A stretch of 64,000 bases of DNA, from assembly GCF_009914755.1 (NCBI RefSeq), contig NC_060932.1, one strand, 5' to 3'. This DNA comes from the human T2T-CHM13v2.0 reference genome, Homo sapiens. Below are positions 13,081-28,487 of the stretch, piece by piece (positions within the stretch are counted from its first letter, which is position 1; each line of letters starts with the position of its first letter). The notes beneath the pieces were generated by a model that was not told the DNA's origin, searched no databases, and worked only from the letters and a program-made list of their open reading frames with translations. A program made the translations under genes and the position numbers.

Positions 13081-13339
13081 GAACCTGTGGCCATCTGTCT
13101 GGCTCCTAGGCTTATCATCTTTCTATCATTTAATGTTGATTTTATTAATTGTTTTAGAAAATAAAAAGGACTGATAGCTTCCATTTAGGCTTTAGGAACA
13201 GACAATTTCAATATTGTTACATTTAGTACATGGGGAAGAATACCTGACAAGAGAGAAGCAAGGGAATAAGGCTAACATTCTGCCCACAAACAAAACAAAT
13301 AAAAAGTGAAAACAACCAGGGAAAAACCCACCTGAGGCC

Positions 13340-13500
13340 ACATTTATTATTCCCACTTAAGAGATAAGGAAACTGAGGCTCAGAATAATGATTTTAAAAT
13401 GAGCCAAAAAAAAAAAAAGTTAAAAAACAGACTAGAGTCACTTGCTAAACGGCAGAACTGGGACCCAACACAATTTGACCAAATCCACATCATTTCTACA
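13340..13500 (-). mobile_element. MIR fragment
   Basis: attattcccacttaagagataaggaaactgaggctcaga. Confidence 0.65.
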
Positions 13501-14096
13501 ACTTCACATGTAATTGTATCTGAAATAGCCATAGTAAGTAGAGTCACCTAATGTCTAGAATATATAAAACGACAGAATAATTTTTAGTACAATTTTAAAG
13601 AAGCAAAATATGTGAAGTTTGTTAGATATCTGGGACCTGAGAACCCACTGTCTCTGAACAATTTTCATGATCATGTTTCAAAGACAGGGGCCACCTCTCA
13701 GCATGATGGGCCTTCTGGTTAGGAGGCTTCTGGGAAGAGGAGCATTACTTCTTAGGGAGAACATCATTCTTTCTTGGAAGGTCTCAATAAGAGCTGGGGA
13801 CAGAGGACAGTCCCAGTAATGGTAGGACCAAGCCTGAATAGGAGAGTGGACATGCTCTCCTGAGTCTCAGCAGGAATTCTACAGCCTCACTGGTGGAAGG
13901 GAGGAGGAGAAAGGAAGAACAGGAGGAAGCCTGCGGCCCTGATAAGTCTGGGACAAGTGAAGCTCCAGAGTGGTGGCTGCCTGACAGATATTTTGAGAAC
14001 AAGGATGCCTATGGTGCATAGTGACATGATTTTTGTCTGTGCTTGGGAAACTTTGGTGAGTGGGGGCTGCTCATGCTTGCTTTGGGGAGTGGAATT

Positions 14097-14490
14097 TGTG
14101 TCAGACCATTCTTACATGAGTATAAAGAAATATCTGAGACTGGGTAATTTATAAGAAAGAGATTTAATTGACTCACAGTTTTGCAGGCTGTACAGGAAGC
14201 ATGGCGACATCTGCTTTTGGGGAGGCCTCAGGAAGCTTACAATCATGGCGGAAGGTGAAGTGGGAGCTTGTACGTCACAGGGTGAGGGCTGGAGCAAGAG
14301 TGAGGATGGGAGGTGCTGCACACTTTCAAACGACCAGATCTCAGAACTCACTCCCTATTGTGAGGGCAGTACCAAGGAATGGTACTAAACCATTCATGAG
14401 AAACTGCCCCCATGATCCAATCACCTTCCACCAGGCCCCACCTCCATTCAACATTGGAGATTACAATCCAACACAGATCCAAACTGTATA
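14097..14490 (-). mobile_element. MSTA-like MaLR solo LTR
   Basis: gagactgggtaatttataag...gaggcctcaggaagcttacaatcatggcggaagg...catgatccaatcacc, with 5-bp TSD GAATT (14092-14096, 14491-14495). Confidence 0.88.
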
Positions 14491-15229
14491 GAATTCTTAG
14501 GGCTGTCAAACCCTGTCCTGTTTATATCAGAGTTAAAGGGGGCAAAGCACACAGCCCAGCCCTGTAGGGATGCCCAGGCTGCAGATGGAAGCCTAAAAAA
14601 AGTAAGCGGTTGGGAATTTGCAAAAATTTAGGGGAATCCAGAATTTGTGCAAATTCTTAAATTTGTGCAGTTGCAATTAAACATTTGAAGAGCAAAGGGA
14701 CTCGGCTAGCATTGCATTGCTTTATATAACTTGTTTCTTGATAGGTAACAAAATAGAGCAGAAACAAATTGATTTACTCAAGTTTTAGAAATCTCACTTT
14801 TAGCCTTTCTGAAAATTAGGAATTTTTAATGTACAGATAAAGTGTATATTATATCTTCTGAATGTATACATTCCCATCCCCATCAAAAAACTATGTTATA
14901 AACTTAATTCAAGACATTTTACAATGAATGCCATGTTAGAAGTAAGGGATTATGTGAAAGAAAGACATATGGTCTGCTCCAAATAATCATTGTAGAGATA
15001 AAAATACATTTGTTAAAATTTAAATAACAAAAAAAATCACACATTTGAGAGATAAAAACAACAAAAAAGGGCTGGGACCAATCCTTATGAACTCAGTTGA
15101 TGAACAGACAAAGGCAGACCATGTATAAGAAGGGTATGAGAATTAGTAGGCATTTTAATATCCTTACAAAAGTTGGCTTTATCACAAGTATTTTTTTCTT
15201 CATGTCTATGGTCATAGATTCTCTTTTTT

Positions 15230-15362
15230 TATTTCACAAGGATTTTTTCATGAAGATTTTGTCTCTGTTTTCAAGCAAAGAAACTAAAGTTAAAGTAACT
15301 TGCCCAAAGTCACAGCTAGTAAGTGGAAAAATTCAGATTTGAACCCAGGTCCATCTGACTGC
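15230..15362 (-). mobile_element. MIR fragment
   Basis: gttaaagtaacttgcccaaagtcacagctagtaagtgg...gatttgaacccaggtccatctgact. Confidence 0.75.
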
Positions 15363-15522
15363 ACATTGGGAGTGCGCATGAATGTGTGAGGTCCCACTTG
15401 CTGGCCAATCCTCCAGCCTGCGCCACCAGTCCAATCAGTCAGGCTTTGGACTGAGCTGAGCCTTCCCTGCTATCCATGTTCTCCACCTGCTTCTCTCGAC
15501 CTAAGTTCATACGGCATGCAAT

Positions 15523-15795
<273 letters not shown>

Positions 15796-16043
15796 TCATG
15801 ATTAGAATAGGACAGTGACAAATGACACCTCCTTCAAAAGCAGCAGATCTCACTTTTAAAAAGCACTGTGTATTTAGATAGAATATGCTGAAGAACATTC
15901 AAGGAAAGACAAAAGGAGAGATAAGCCACAGACAGCTTTTTAAAAATGTTAAATGTGGCACAGGAACAAGAAATAATGGCTACAGGTACTTTGCTATCTA
16001 GGCACCTGCCAGGACCATTTTACTGCCAAGAATGAGAGACTTG

Positions 16044-16159
16044 ATAATTTATTGATTTTTTTTCTTAATGACAATTTGATGTCTCAAGAAGAAGCAATTA
16101 GAGGAATAGCTGCTCCTAATATAATTGGAACTAACTGTAAACGTGTCTCTAATGCTGTC
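16044..16159 (+). repeat. Dispersed direct duplication, copy 1
   Basis: Near-identical to 18196-18318 (tattgattttttttcttaatgacaatttgat...agaagaagcaattagaggaat...ggaactaactg...gtgtctctaat.ctgtc). Confidence 0.92.
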
Positions 16160-16982
16160 CCCCATCCTGCTGAGGTGTCGGCATTCAGACAGAGGGTTGG
16201 GTTGGGGTGAAGGCAACGAAGGTACTTTTGAAACTTGGAGCACTTTTCTGGGAGGGAGGAGGGTCTGGGAGTGTGCCATAGAAGCTAGCTGATGACCCAT
16301 GGTGGCCCAGAGGATCCCTAGCAAGGAGCGGGAATACTAAACGAGAGGCAAGAGAATGGCCAAAACACTCAATCTATTTCATATGTAATATAAGAATCCT
16401 AGATACTATGGTCTGAATGTTTATGTCCCTCCAAAATTCATATGTTGAAGTCTTCAGCCCCAAGGTGATTATAATAAGAGGTGAGGCCTTTGGAAGGTGA
16501 TAAGGTCATGAATGGGTAACCCAATTAATAAAATGAGCAAAAGACCTGAATAGACATTTTCCCAGAAGATGTAAAAATGTCCAACACGTGTATATCAATG
16601 TGCTCAACGTCACCAGTCATCATGGAAATGCAAATCAAAACCATAATGGGATATTATTTCATACCTGTTAGATGTCTATTGTCAAAAAGTCAAGAGATCA
16701 CAAGTTGCCACAACGATGTGGAGAAAAGGGAACCCTTGTAGACTTTTTAGTGGGACTGTAAATTGGAGCATCCATTATGGAAAACAGTATAGAGGTTCCT
16801 TCGAAGATTAAAAATAGAAACTATTATATAACCCAGCAATTCTTCTGCTGGGTACATAACCAAAGAAAATGAAATTAGCATATGGAAAAGATAGCTGCAC
16901 CCACATATTCATTGCAGCACTTTACAATAGCCAAGTTATGGAAACAACCTAAGTGTCCATCAACAGATCAGCGGGTTAACAA

Positions 16983-17281
<299 letters not shown>

Positions 17282-17623
17282 TAGATATATAATAGATTCA
17301 GCCTTAGAAAAGGAGATCCTGCCATTTGTGACAACATGAACGAATCTAGGGGACATTATGCTAAGTGAAATGTCAGGCACAGAAAGAAAAATACTGTATA
17401 ATTTCCCTTACATGTGGAATCTTGAAAAGTGGAATAAATATAAACAGAATGGAATCATGGTTGTTACCAAGGGGAGAAAATGGGGAAAAGTAGATCAAAG
17501 GGTATAAATTTGCAGATCTGTAGGATGAATAAGTCTAGTGATCTAATGGACAGCATGAGGTTTACAGTTAATGATGTTGTATACTGAACATTTGCTAAGA
17601 GAGTAGATTTTAGGTGTTCCTGC

Positions 17624-17625
<2 letters not shown>

Positions 17626-17662
<37 letters not shown>
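17626..17662. repeat. (CA)n microsatellite
   Basis: About 18 CA units. Confidence 0.95.
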
Positions 17663-17665
<3 letters not shown>

Positions 17666-18195
17666 AACTGTGGAAGGGGATGGACATGTAATTTATTTGA
17701 CTGTAATAGTCATTTCAGCATGTATTTGTTTATTAAGACATGTTGTACACCTCAAAGATATACAATAAAAATAAGTGTAAAAATAAATAAATAAAAGAGA
17801 CCTGAGAGAGATCCCTAGTTCCTTCAACCATGTGAGGTTGGAGTCAGAAGGTGACTGTGTGTGAGGAAGAGAGCCCTCATCAGACACCGAATCTGCTGGT
17901 GACTTGGTTTTGGATGTCCCAGAACTGTGCAACAGACATTTCTGTTGTGTATAAACCACTCAGTGTATGGTATTTTGTTTTGCAAAATACCGTAAGAGGC
18001 TTAAGAGACTAGGAGTGAGGAGCAGACCTCCCAATGTCTTCCTGTCTCAATAGACCTTTCCTCCCACTCCACCAAAAAGGCCCTGTTCCCTGGAGCCACA
18101 ATTTCCACTGTGTTCTTGGAACTATGGCTTAGGTGTGTTGTGGCCTGGCTTTACTCTGGTGGGCAGTCCAGGAAACTGTTTACCATTAGCACCAA

Positions 18196-18340
18196 ATAAT
18201 GTATTGATTTTTTTTTCTTAATGACAATTTGATCTCTCAAAAGCCAGAAGAAGCAATTAGAGGAATCGCTGCTGCTAATATAACTGGAACTAACTGGAAA
18301 TGTGTCTCTAATCCTGTCAATGACAATTTGATCTCTCAAA
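18196..18340 (+). repeat. Dispersed direct duplication, copy 2, plus an internal 22-bp re-copy
   Basis: 18196-18318 matches 16044-16159. 18319-18340 repeats 18220-18241 (aatgacaatttgatctctcaaa). Confidence 0.92.
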
Positions 18341-19282
18341 TGGTATTTCCACAAGAAAATACCTTCTGAGTCCCGGTTAGCCAACTTTCAAATACATCTT
18401 TGGGAGGCAATCGTGTTTTAGATTGGGAACTGCCCATGGCTGCTTACTAGCATTCTTGTGTACAAACGCATATAATCCTATTTAGAATGCACTTGAAGTC
18501 ATTCAGCAAAAATTTGAAATTCTTGTATACTAAAGAAACTAATGAGGGCACAGGGAAGGCACATTGGTAGAGGCTGGTATTTCCAGATTAATAGTTAAAG
18601 GAGACTAAATGCAAAATAATGCTGAGAGGCCACTTAGAGTTTCAAAATACCGGATGGTATATCAATTACAGTTAAGAGTTTCCTTATGTGGCTGTAGGAC
18701 TGAATTTAGTTCTGTACTTTTGGAAAATCCTCAATTTTTTTTTTCCTTCACGACTTTAACATGCACCAATCTCTCTGTCTGTGTCTCTCCCTCTCTTATT
18801 GGCTCACATTCCCATATGTTTTGGCTCAGATTTTCCCATAGTGCATAGCTGTGGTTGTCAAAATTGTGGGTAGTGGTTTTAAAAAATTCACAAGGAAATG
18901 TACAATGTTAAATGCTATGTTTTATCGCATTTACATGCTGGGTTTCCAAGCATTATATTAAGAAAACAGCCCTATTACTAATTTCTAAATTATAGTTTTT
19001 ATTGCATACCTTTTATTCCATACATTTTTCATTATTTTTCATGTGATCTCTGCTAATAATCTGTCAATTTAATTTGAGATTTATTTTTTTTTAGTATTGT
19101 TATTTGGATTTTAATATTGCTGTTTCCAAACAAGTTAGAATATTGTGCTCCCAAACTTCATTTAGATAACATTGCCCCTCATTCTTTTTGATGTTGATTT
19201 GGTCTTTTTCTTAAAATCATCTGAGAGGAAAGGGCTACACAGAGTGAAAGATATTTTAAAATGATATTTAAAAAAATGACTT

Positions 19283-19560
19283 CCCTCTGTCATCCAGCAC
19301 TTTGGGAGACCAAGGTGGAAGGACCACTTGAGGCCAGGAATTTGAGACCAACATAGCCAGACTCTGTCTCTACAAAATACAAAATAAAAATTTAGCCAGG
19401 AGCCATGGTGCACACCTCTAGTCCCAGCTACTGGGAGACTGAGCTGGGAGGATTACTTGAGCCCAGGAGCTCAAGGCTGCAGTGAGTTGATTGTGCCACT
19501 GTACTGCAGCCTGGGTGTCGGAGTGAGACCCCATTTCTAAAAAACAACCAACCAAACAAT
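19283..19560 (+). mobile_element. Alu (AluJ-like)
   Basis: Diverged dimer with a CAA-type tail. Confidence 0.92.
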
Positions 19561-21338
19561 AAACTACTTCCCAAACAGTGTCAGGATAGCAGAAGAACCA
19601 GACCAGTACTATAGGGGTCTCTGCCAGAACTCCCTGACCCAAAGCATATTCTCTACCAGCAAGAAGCCTAAAACCTTTCTCTTACAGTCACCTCATAGGC
19701 CAAGTTATCCTCAGAAAATTATTGTTTACATTTTACACTTGCAGGAAGAGAGAAAAGTCTAACTTATTAGAATGACACAAAGATTTGTACAACGAGTCTT
19801 TAGATATATATATTTTTAGCTTCACTTCCAAATGCTCTTGTCTCTTCTCCTCATTCTTTTTCCTGTTCAGTCTGCATATCAGTTTTTGCACACTTTTATT
19901 ACAGCACTTAATGACTTTGTGTTACAGTTTATTTAATAGTGTTTTGGTTAGCACCCTTCCTTTTAGCCATAACGTAAACTCTTTAAATGCAGAGATCTTA
20001 TGTTACTCATTTTTGTAAAATGGGGTTTCCTTCATAGTTAAATACTCAGTAGATGTTAGTTAACTAAGAAAAATGGGACAAGAAAATGAACTCTTCTCCA
20101 GGGAGACATAACATTAATTCATTAATACCTATTAATTGCATTATAGATTTTTTTCTCAGAGAAGCTAGAAGATACCAAGATTCTCAGGGATAAGAATGAA
20201 ATAGAACGTATAACATTTGATTGTGTTTATGAGAAGAGAAGAGGATTATTCAGAGAATGAGGTGCTATTCTGGAAGGCCAAGTGCAGGCAGGACCCCACA
20301 GTGGTAACCTGCAGCTGCCAGAGAATAGCATGAGGCTGTGTGGGCAGCCCGGATGGAAGGAGAATTCTGAAATGCAAAGGCAGCCAAGTGAGACCCTGTC
20401 AACCTCACAACTTTATCTCGATATGGTCCTGTTCTGCCTGAAGTCTTTCTTTTTTCTTTGCCAAGTTTTGTCTCCTGGTATGGTTGGTTAGAAAATCACA
20501 GAAGATGAGGACAGCTGGTGTCTGGGATTGTATGTGTTCAAATAAAGCAACTGGAAGTGGAAGGCAAGATGCCGGGACAGATGGCTTGACCCTTGAATGA
20601 CCTTGAGGAGGTGGGCTTGGGCTGCCCTCCTCCATCTGGCAAGGTGTCATGGTGTGAAAAAGGTGAGAAAATAGTGCCATGGGGGATGACTTAGTATAGG
20701 TTGAGAGCAGGAATGTAATGACACCACATACAACTGTGAATGCCAAAGCCCACTTAGTCCGTATGCAAGAAAATGCTAGACTTGGAGCACACTCAGGTAC
20801 ATATATTCTTACAATGTTTTATTGTGAATTTGAAGGCCTAGGGTCAGATACATGTTCTTGTTATGTGACTGTGTGGTCAGTGGGAAGGTTAGAGGGTGAA
20901 GGCTGAACATTAGGGTACACTGAAAATTGCCAGGCTGGCTCTGAATGGTGCGGAGAAAAAGCCCAGCCTCTGAACTTCCTCCCATGGAATCTCTGATCTG
21001 TGGAATTCTGCTACTGAGGCTTGGGGAAGTGAAAGCAGCATTCCATTGAATTTCAACCTGTGGAATCTCAGCGAGATGTGGCTGGACCATTGGAGAAATG
21101 GGGTGAGGAGGAATAGCGGATTCTGGGGACACTAACAAAATGGTCTAGATTTCAATACGCTGGGTGGGTGCAGCAGTTTAAACACCAAATGATGCCAAGT
21201 AGCCATGGAAGTCATTGAAACACCATCTTGTTGGCAGTCCTGGTGGCTGCACTTTAGACATTGCCAGATTGAACTGTGTTATTCAGCCACCGATCTGTTG
21301 AATAATGGATTATTTCGTCCATTATTGCAAAGCATGTC

Positions 21339-21388
21339 TTTATTCAATTCAATTCAATTCAATTCAATTCTATTCTATTCTATTCTAA
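21339..21388. repeat. (AATTC)n/(TATTC)n compound pentanucleotide repeat
   Basis: Seen directly in the sequence. Confidence 0.9.
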
Positions 21389-22379
21389 TTTTTTAGATAT
21401 TTTTCAGCCTAATATTTTAGTTCTTGCCATGAGAGAGTCTGGAAAGCAGCCCCATGGCGCCGGGTTCTATGACCTGGGGAGGAAAGCACACAGAGACACA
21501 GGCTTTGCTCCTAGGTTGAAACAGAAAGCATTCCTGTGCTGAAGAAGCAGTGTGTGCTTCGCTGAGGACAGAGCGCCACCACAGTCCCTGGCGTGAGTTA
21601 TGTCATCCCTGGCAACTTGCTGTGGAGCTCAATTGGAAATTGCTTTCTGGATAGAATGCCATTAGAAAGGAAGCGAAAAACCTCATGGATAAATTCATTT
21701 TCTTGTGAATCTAATTGCAAAAACAGTATAGCATTCATTTGATAAAAGCAGACTTCAGCAGCTCAAAGTTGTATCAGTCTTGGTGTTAGCTCCTTTGGAA
21801 AACTATTTCAACTATTTCAACTCCTATTAAATGTGGGCTCTTCTCCCTGAGAAAAGAAAGTGGCTTGAATGGTGGCCAGGACATCTAAGACTGTATCATA
21901 TGCAAATGTTACAGCACAACCCATTAGAAATTGCTAGTCAGCCACAATGGTGGGATGAAGACCCAAAGGCCATTTGCCTTTCTGACTTTTAGTTACTAGG
22001 CTCTCAAAAAATAAGCACACTTGGGGTGTTTTACCATTGGGAAATTACACCTAAGCTTGACTAGCACTGGCCAGATAGAGCAGCTAGAACTTGGCACCAA
22101 ATGCTTGAGAATGCATTCAATGTACTATTAAAAAAAGATATAAAGGAATGGATGCTGACTGAATTATTACTAAGGATTATAAGATTAGAATGAAGTCTGA
22201 CTACAAGAATAAGCTGTAGGGAAGAATTATAGAGATTGTGTTGATGCAATGTGATAACTCCTTGATCAGATGCTCAGTATATTAGAATGCACTTTTGTTG
22301 TTGTTAGAAGCCACTTTTAAAATCTCAGGGGTCTCAGGCTTCAGTTTTCCAGCTGACTCCCCTATGTCTGGGTAGACAG

Positions 22380-22408
22380 ACACACACACACACACACACA
22401 CACACACA
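22380..22408. repeat. (CA)n microsatellite
   Basis: About 14 CA units. Confidence 0.95.
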
Positions 22409-22599
22409 GCTGTGGCAGAATAAATGTTACTGTAACTTAACGTATTATATTATTTAGGTGAAATAGAGCCTCTCATAGACAGATGTAATAGAGAAAAATG
22501 AGTAGGGAGTTCTTTGTAAGTTGCAGGTGAGATGATGTGCTTGTGAACATATCTCAGACTCAGCTGAAGATGGAGAAAAAAATTATAATGGGGTAGATA

Positions 22600-22690
22600 A
22601 GTAGTTCTCAAACTTTAGGGCATCAGAATCACCTGGAAGACTAGTAAAAACACAGATTGTTGGGCCCTAACCCAGATTTCTGACTCAGAA
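22600..22690 (+). mobile_element. MER5A hAT MITE fragment
   Basis: agtagttctcaaacttt...gcatcagaatcacctggaagactagtaaaaacacagattgttgggccc. Confidence 0.75.
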
Positions 22691-23058
22691 TTTTTAATCC
22701 AGAGCTTCCTGATTCTGACTTCTTGCCTTGGAGAAAAATGTGATGTTTTCTAGCTTCCTGACTTTGCAGAATATTACACTCTTTCTACGGACCTAGAGAT
22801 GTTCTGTGGCCTTCATCACAACGGGCTGTGAAAGGCTGACCCTGGATTCTGAGGGTGCTTGTTGTAAGAGTGTGTGCTTTCTTCTCTGCATTTTTACTAT
22901 AGGTCCTGCCTCATCCTAAACACTTAATGAAGGGTAATCTTTTCATAAAATATTTATAAATAAACATTATTCATGTTTTTCTACTTTACTGCCTATTGAT
23001 GCCTTAAATGTGGGTGTCTAAAATTCCATTGCTGCTAATGTAATATTAAAATTCTGAC

Positions 23059-23346
23059 CCACACCTGTAATTCCAGCACTTTGGGAGGCCAGGGCGGGTG
23101 GATTGCTTGAGTCCAGGAGTTTGAGACCAGCCTGGGCAATATGGTGAAACCTTAGCTCTATAAAAAAGTACAAAAATTAGCCAGCAGTGATGGCACACGC
23201 CTGTAGTCCCAGCTACTCAGGAGACTGAGGTGGGAGGATTGCTTGAGCCCAGGAGGTGGAGGTTGCAGTGAGCTGTGATGGGGCACTGCACTCCAGTCTG
23301 GGTGACAGAAGGAGACTCCATCACAAAAAAAAAAAAAAAAAAAAAA
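23059..23346 (+). mobile_element. Alu (AluJ-like)
   Basis: Dimer with a poly-A tail and TSD aaaattctga. Confidence 0.95.
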
Positions 23347-23720
23347 ATTCTGATTCATCACATATAAAAATAGCTCTGTCTCACCTCTACAAGGTGAATA
23401 AATGAATGAATACACTTCTGGGGGAATTGCTCCTAACAGTGAAACTTTTGAGATATCTGGCAATATTTATTGGGTATAAATATTTATTGCCAGATTGTTC
23501 TTCTAAATTTTTGTAACAATTTATTTTACCTCTACTTTTTCTTCCTGATACTCTTGCCATATTGGAAGTAACTCTTCTTAAAAAAAATTTCTCAAAGTAT
23601 CTTTATTTTAAAAATTTGTTGAATTCTGCATGCATTTAATAGCAGAAACTGATCTCTCCTTGTTGCTTTAATTTGAGTTTCTTTAATTATGAAGTCTATC
23701 TTTTTTGTTATATGTATTGG

Positions 23721-24273
23721 TGTGATGGTTAATACTGAGTGTCAACTTGATTGGATTGAAGGATGCAAAGTATTGATCCTGGGTATGTCTCGGAGGGTGT
23801 TGCCAAAGGAGATTAACATTTGAGTCAGTGGGCTGGGGAAGGCCGACCCACCCTTAATCTAGTGGGCAACATCTAATCAGCTGCCAGTGAATAGAAACCG
23901 GCAGAAAAATGTGAAAAGGTGAGATGGGCCCAGCCTCTCAGCCTACATCTTTCTCCCATGTTGGATGCTTCCTGCCCTCAAACATCAGACTCCAAATTCT
24001 TTAGTTTTGATACTCGGACTGGCTCTCCTTGCTCCTCAAACTTGCAGACAGCCTATTGTGGGACATTGTGATCGTGTAAGTTAATAAACTCCTATGTGTA
24101 TATATATGTATATATATATACACACACATATATACACACACACACACTCCCATGTATATACTCCCATATATATACACACACATACTCCCATATATATATA
24201 TACTCCCATATACATATATATATATGTATAAATTCTATTAGTTCTGTTCCTCTAGGGAACCCTGAGTAATACA
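23721..24273 (+). mobile_element. MLT2A1-like HERV-L solo LTR
   Basis: tgtgatggttaatactgagtgtcaacttgattggattgaaggatgc...gaaccctgagtaataca, with an internal (TA/CA) tract and 5-bp TSD ATTGG (23716-23720, 24274-24278). Confidence 0.92.
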
Positions 24274-24342
24274 ATTGGTGTTTCTTCTTTTGTAAAGTTT
24301 TTGTTCTTTGGCTTTGCTAAGTTTTCTTTTGAGGTCTTTTAT

Positions 24343-24627
<285 letters not shown>

Positions 24628-26245
24628 TGAGGTGTTTTATATATTTTTTTCCTTATTGAGTTCTAAGAACTTTTTCTATACTGAGAATATTAACCCTCAG
24701 TTTGACGTGTATATTGCAGTCTCTCCACCAAGTTTGTTGTTTGCCTTATAAATTTGCTTATAGTGTTCTGTCATATAGAAGTTTTATATATACAGTAGTC
24801 AATCTATGTGTTCCTTTTATGAATTCTGCTTTTGCATGCATACTTGATTTCTGGGAGCTTTTTTACTGATATCTTTCAAGCCTTTAATGAATATTAATTT
24901 ACATAATTGCCTTATGTCCATTAGGGGGAACATCATCTCATTAAAATGACCTGTTACTTTTCCTTCTCAGGTTCCTGTGTCTGCCCTTCCTAATGAAGTA
25001 CGCTTTGATTTTTTTTCATAAATGCCCCAAACCACTCACTACTGATCCCAGCATTATCTTTAGTGGAGCAGTGAGCAGTTGCCATTCTGCTGAAGTTTGC
25101 TGCCTTAAAGTTATTTTCAGATGATAAAAAAAAAAGAGAGGGAAATTAGTTTAACAGGCTGGACCTCTTTTTGTGAAGATTAGAGAGAGTCTACACATCT
25201 TTTTCTGAAAGGTGATCTTGCCTGAGAGAAATGATAATGACTGAAATAAAAGGTGTCTCTCGCATCTCCTGTGGGCCTTCGGCACATTTCAATCCTAATT
25301 AAAGAAGAAGTCCGAGGGAGCCTTTCCAGAAGGAGTTGATTATAACCCCAGTTCCATATGGAACACATGGAAGGTTACTGCTGCAGCTGTTGAGCATTAT
25401 AGTATGAGACACATGCTTTAAATGTCTCTATACTAAGCACACATTGAAAAATGCTTTCTTGAACTTGGCTGTATGGGAGTCCTTTAGTGTTTTTAATATC
25501 AGGGGGACAAGTTTTTTTTAATACCAGAAGCCCCCCCTCCCCCTTATTCCTTTAAGCCTTGGCTATGCATTTTTATGCATGGATATTTCATGAAACCTTT
25601 TAAGTTGAGTGCCCTGGTTACATCTTTGATACAGGACATAGCACCTGGTTTTAAATCTTTGTTTTTGGGCAGTGGGGTTCTTATTGACTGGGTGGAGATG
25701 GAAATTAGTGGCTTCCACGTCCCAACTTGCTGGGGACAATAAGTGAAAGGTCGATGGAGATGAGTACGAACATTATTAATGTCTGACCCAGAGTAAGTTG
25801 TTATGCGAACCTGCATTCCCAACAGAAAGATCGATGTCAGGTTAGGACTAGAGACCTTGTTTTTTCAAAGCTGAAATAAGATTTTGGTGTTGCCTCAGCA
25901 GAAAAATATAGATATGTTAATGGTTAATATTTTTTTCTCCCCTTACCAATCTAACACACAATTTTACACAATTGTAATCAATCATAGTAAAGGCCAATGC
26001 AAAAACAGGAGAGAAAAAGCACATGTAACTGAAATCTGAAGATAATCTCACATTCCAAATTAGCTAATAGTTTCCTGTTCTTACCTCCATTCCAATTCAG
26101 CTCTCGAAAACTGTGCAGTAATACGTGTTAGGCACAAGCCCACAGGGAACCCAAGTGAAGAGAGTGAGAGATCCGAAATCCTGAATGCCCTGGTTCTGCC
26201 CAGGCCTCTCAATGCACTAGCAGGTTCAAAAGGCAGAAAGGTTCT

Positions 26246-26532
26246 GAGGCCAAGGAGGGTGGATCACTTGAGTTCAGGAGTTTGAGACCAGCCTGGCCAA
26301 CATGGTGAAACCCCGTCTTTACTAAAAATACAAAAATTAGCTGGGTGTGGTGGTGCGCGCCTGTAATCCCAGCTACTCAGGAGACTGAGGCAGGAGAATC
26401 GCTTGAATGCTTAAACCCTGGAGGCGGAGGCTGCAGTGAGCTAAGATTGTGCCACTTCACCCCAGCCTAGGTGACAGAGGGAGAATCTGTCTCAAAAACA
26501 AACAAACAAACAAACAGGCAAACAAACAAAAA
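26246..26532 (+). mobile_element. Alu (AluS-like, 5'-truncated)
   Basis: Dimer with an (AAAC)n tail. Confidence 0.93.
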
Positions 26533-27160
26533 GGGGAGAAAGGCAGAGAGGATACCTTTGGGCAGTGGCCAGGATCAAGAGACAAGAGTGGTTGCTGCCA
26601 CCTCTTCTGGGTCCTTGAGGGAGGATATGCACAGGGGAACATCTGATTCTTCATTGAGGCTTTGGGCCCTAAACCCACTATAGTTTCCCAGGTGAACTTG
26701 GCATCTGCAAAACTTCCTGACTGTTTTGCTCAGATAAGGCAGGCTCAAGTGGTGTGGACGATGTCTTTCTTGCTAGGCCACCTGCTCCCCACTTATTCTT
26801 GGATAGGAATGTTAATGTGAAAACCTCACAAGTACAAGGTGATGTCCTCACTCTAGGTTGGGACAGTCCCAAAGCACCTGAAGACGCATTGCTGTATTGG
26901 ATTTTAAAGTTAAGGCTGGGGAGACATGGGAGAATGCAGGGAGAACCCCAAAGCCCAAAAGAGTTGTACCTGTGGCCTAGAATACTATGTGATGCTGCCA
27001 ACTTCTACAAACTTGAAAAGCCGAGTTTATGAGAAAAGAAATTCAGAGGCCTTATATTAACCAATAGAAAAAGGATGGTGCTGTATTTTGGTGATAATTG
27101 GTAATTTTTGGTAAGGTGGGGACAGGTTTTCCTAACCAGGTATCAAATAGCTAAATTAAC

Positions 27161-27727
<567 letters not shown>

Positions 27728-28142
27728 GTAGAGGGAGATAAAGCAGTTCAGGAATGCCAGCAGGAGGCAGTTTGTGGTATTAAATGGGTATTTAGGGTAG
27801 GCCTCATTGAAGAAGTAAGGTTTGATTAACGTCTTGAAATAGGCACCAAGCTCACACCTGAGGAAGAACATGCTAGGTGGAAGGAACAGCTGATGCTAAT
27901 ATCTTCAGGGTTTTCACGGGGTTTGTGCCTGGCTTGTTTGAGAAATAGCAAAGAGACCAGCAAATGGCGGGGAGTTGGTAGGAAGAGATAAGAGAGATGT
28001 TAGGAAAGGGGTAGTAGCTCTTTGGGGTTTTGTAGGGCACTGTGAAGAGTTTTTTGAAATGTACACATATTACAGAGATGTGAGATACATTCTAGATAGT
28101 ATGTTGAAGATAGATTATAGAGTAGGAGAATAGAAGCAGGAA

Positions 28143-28487
<345 letters not shown>

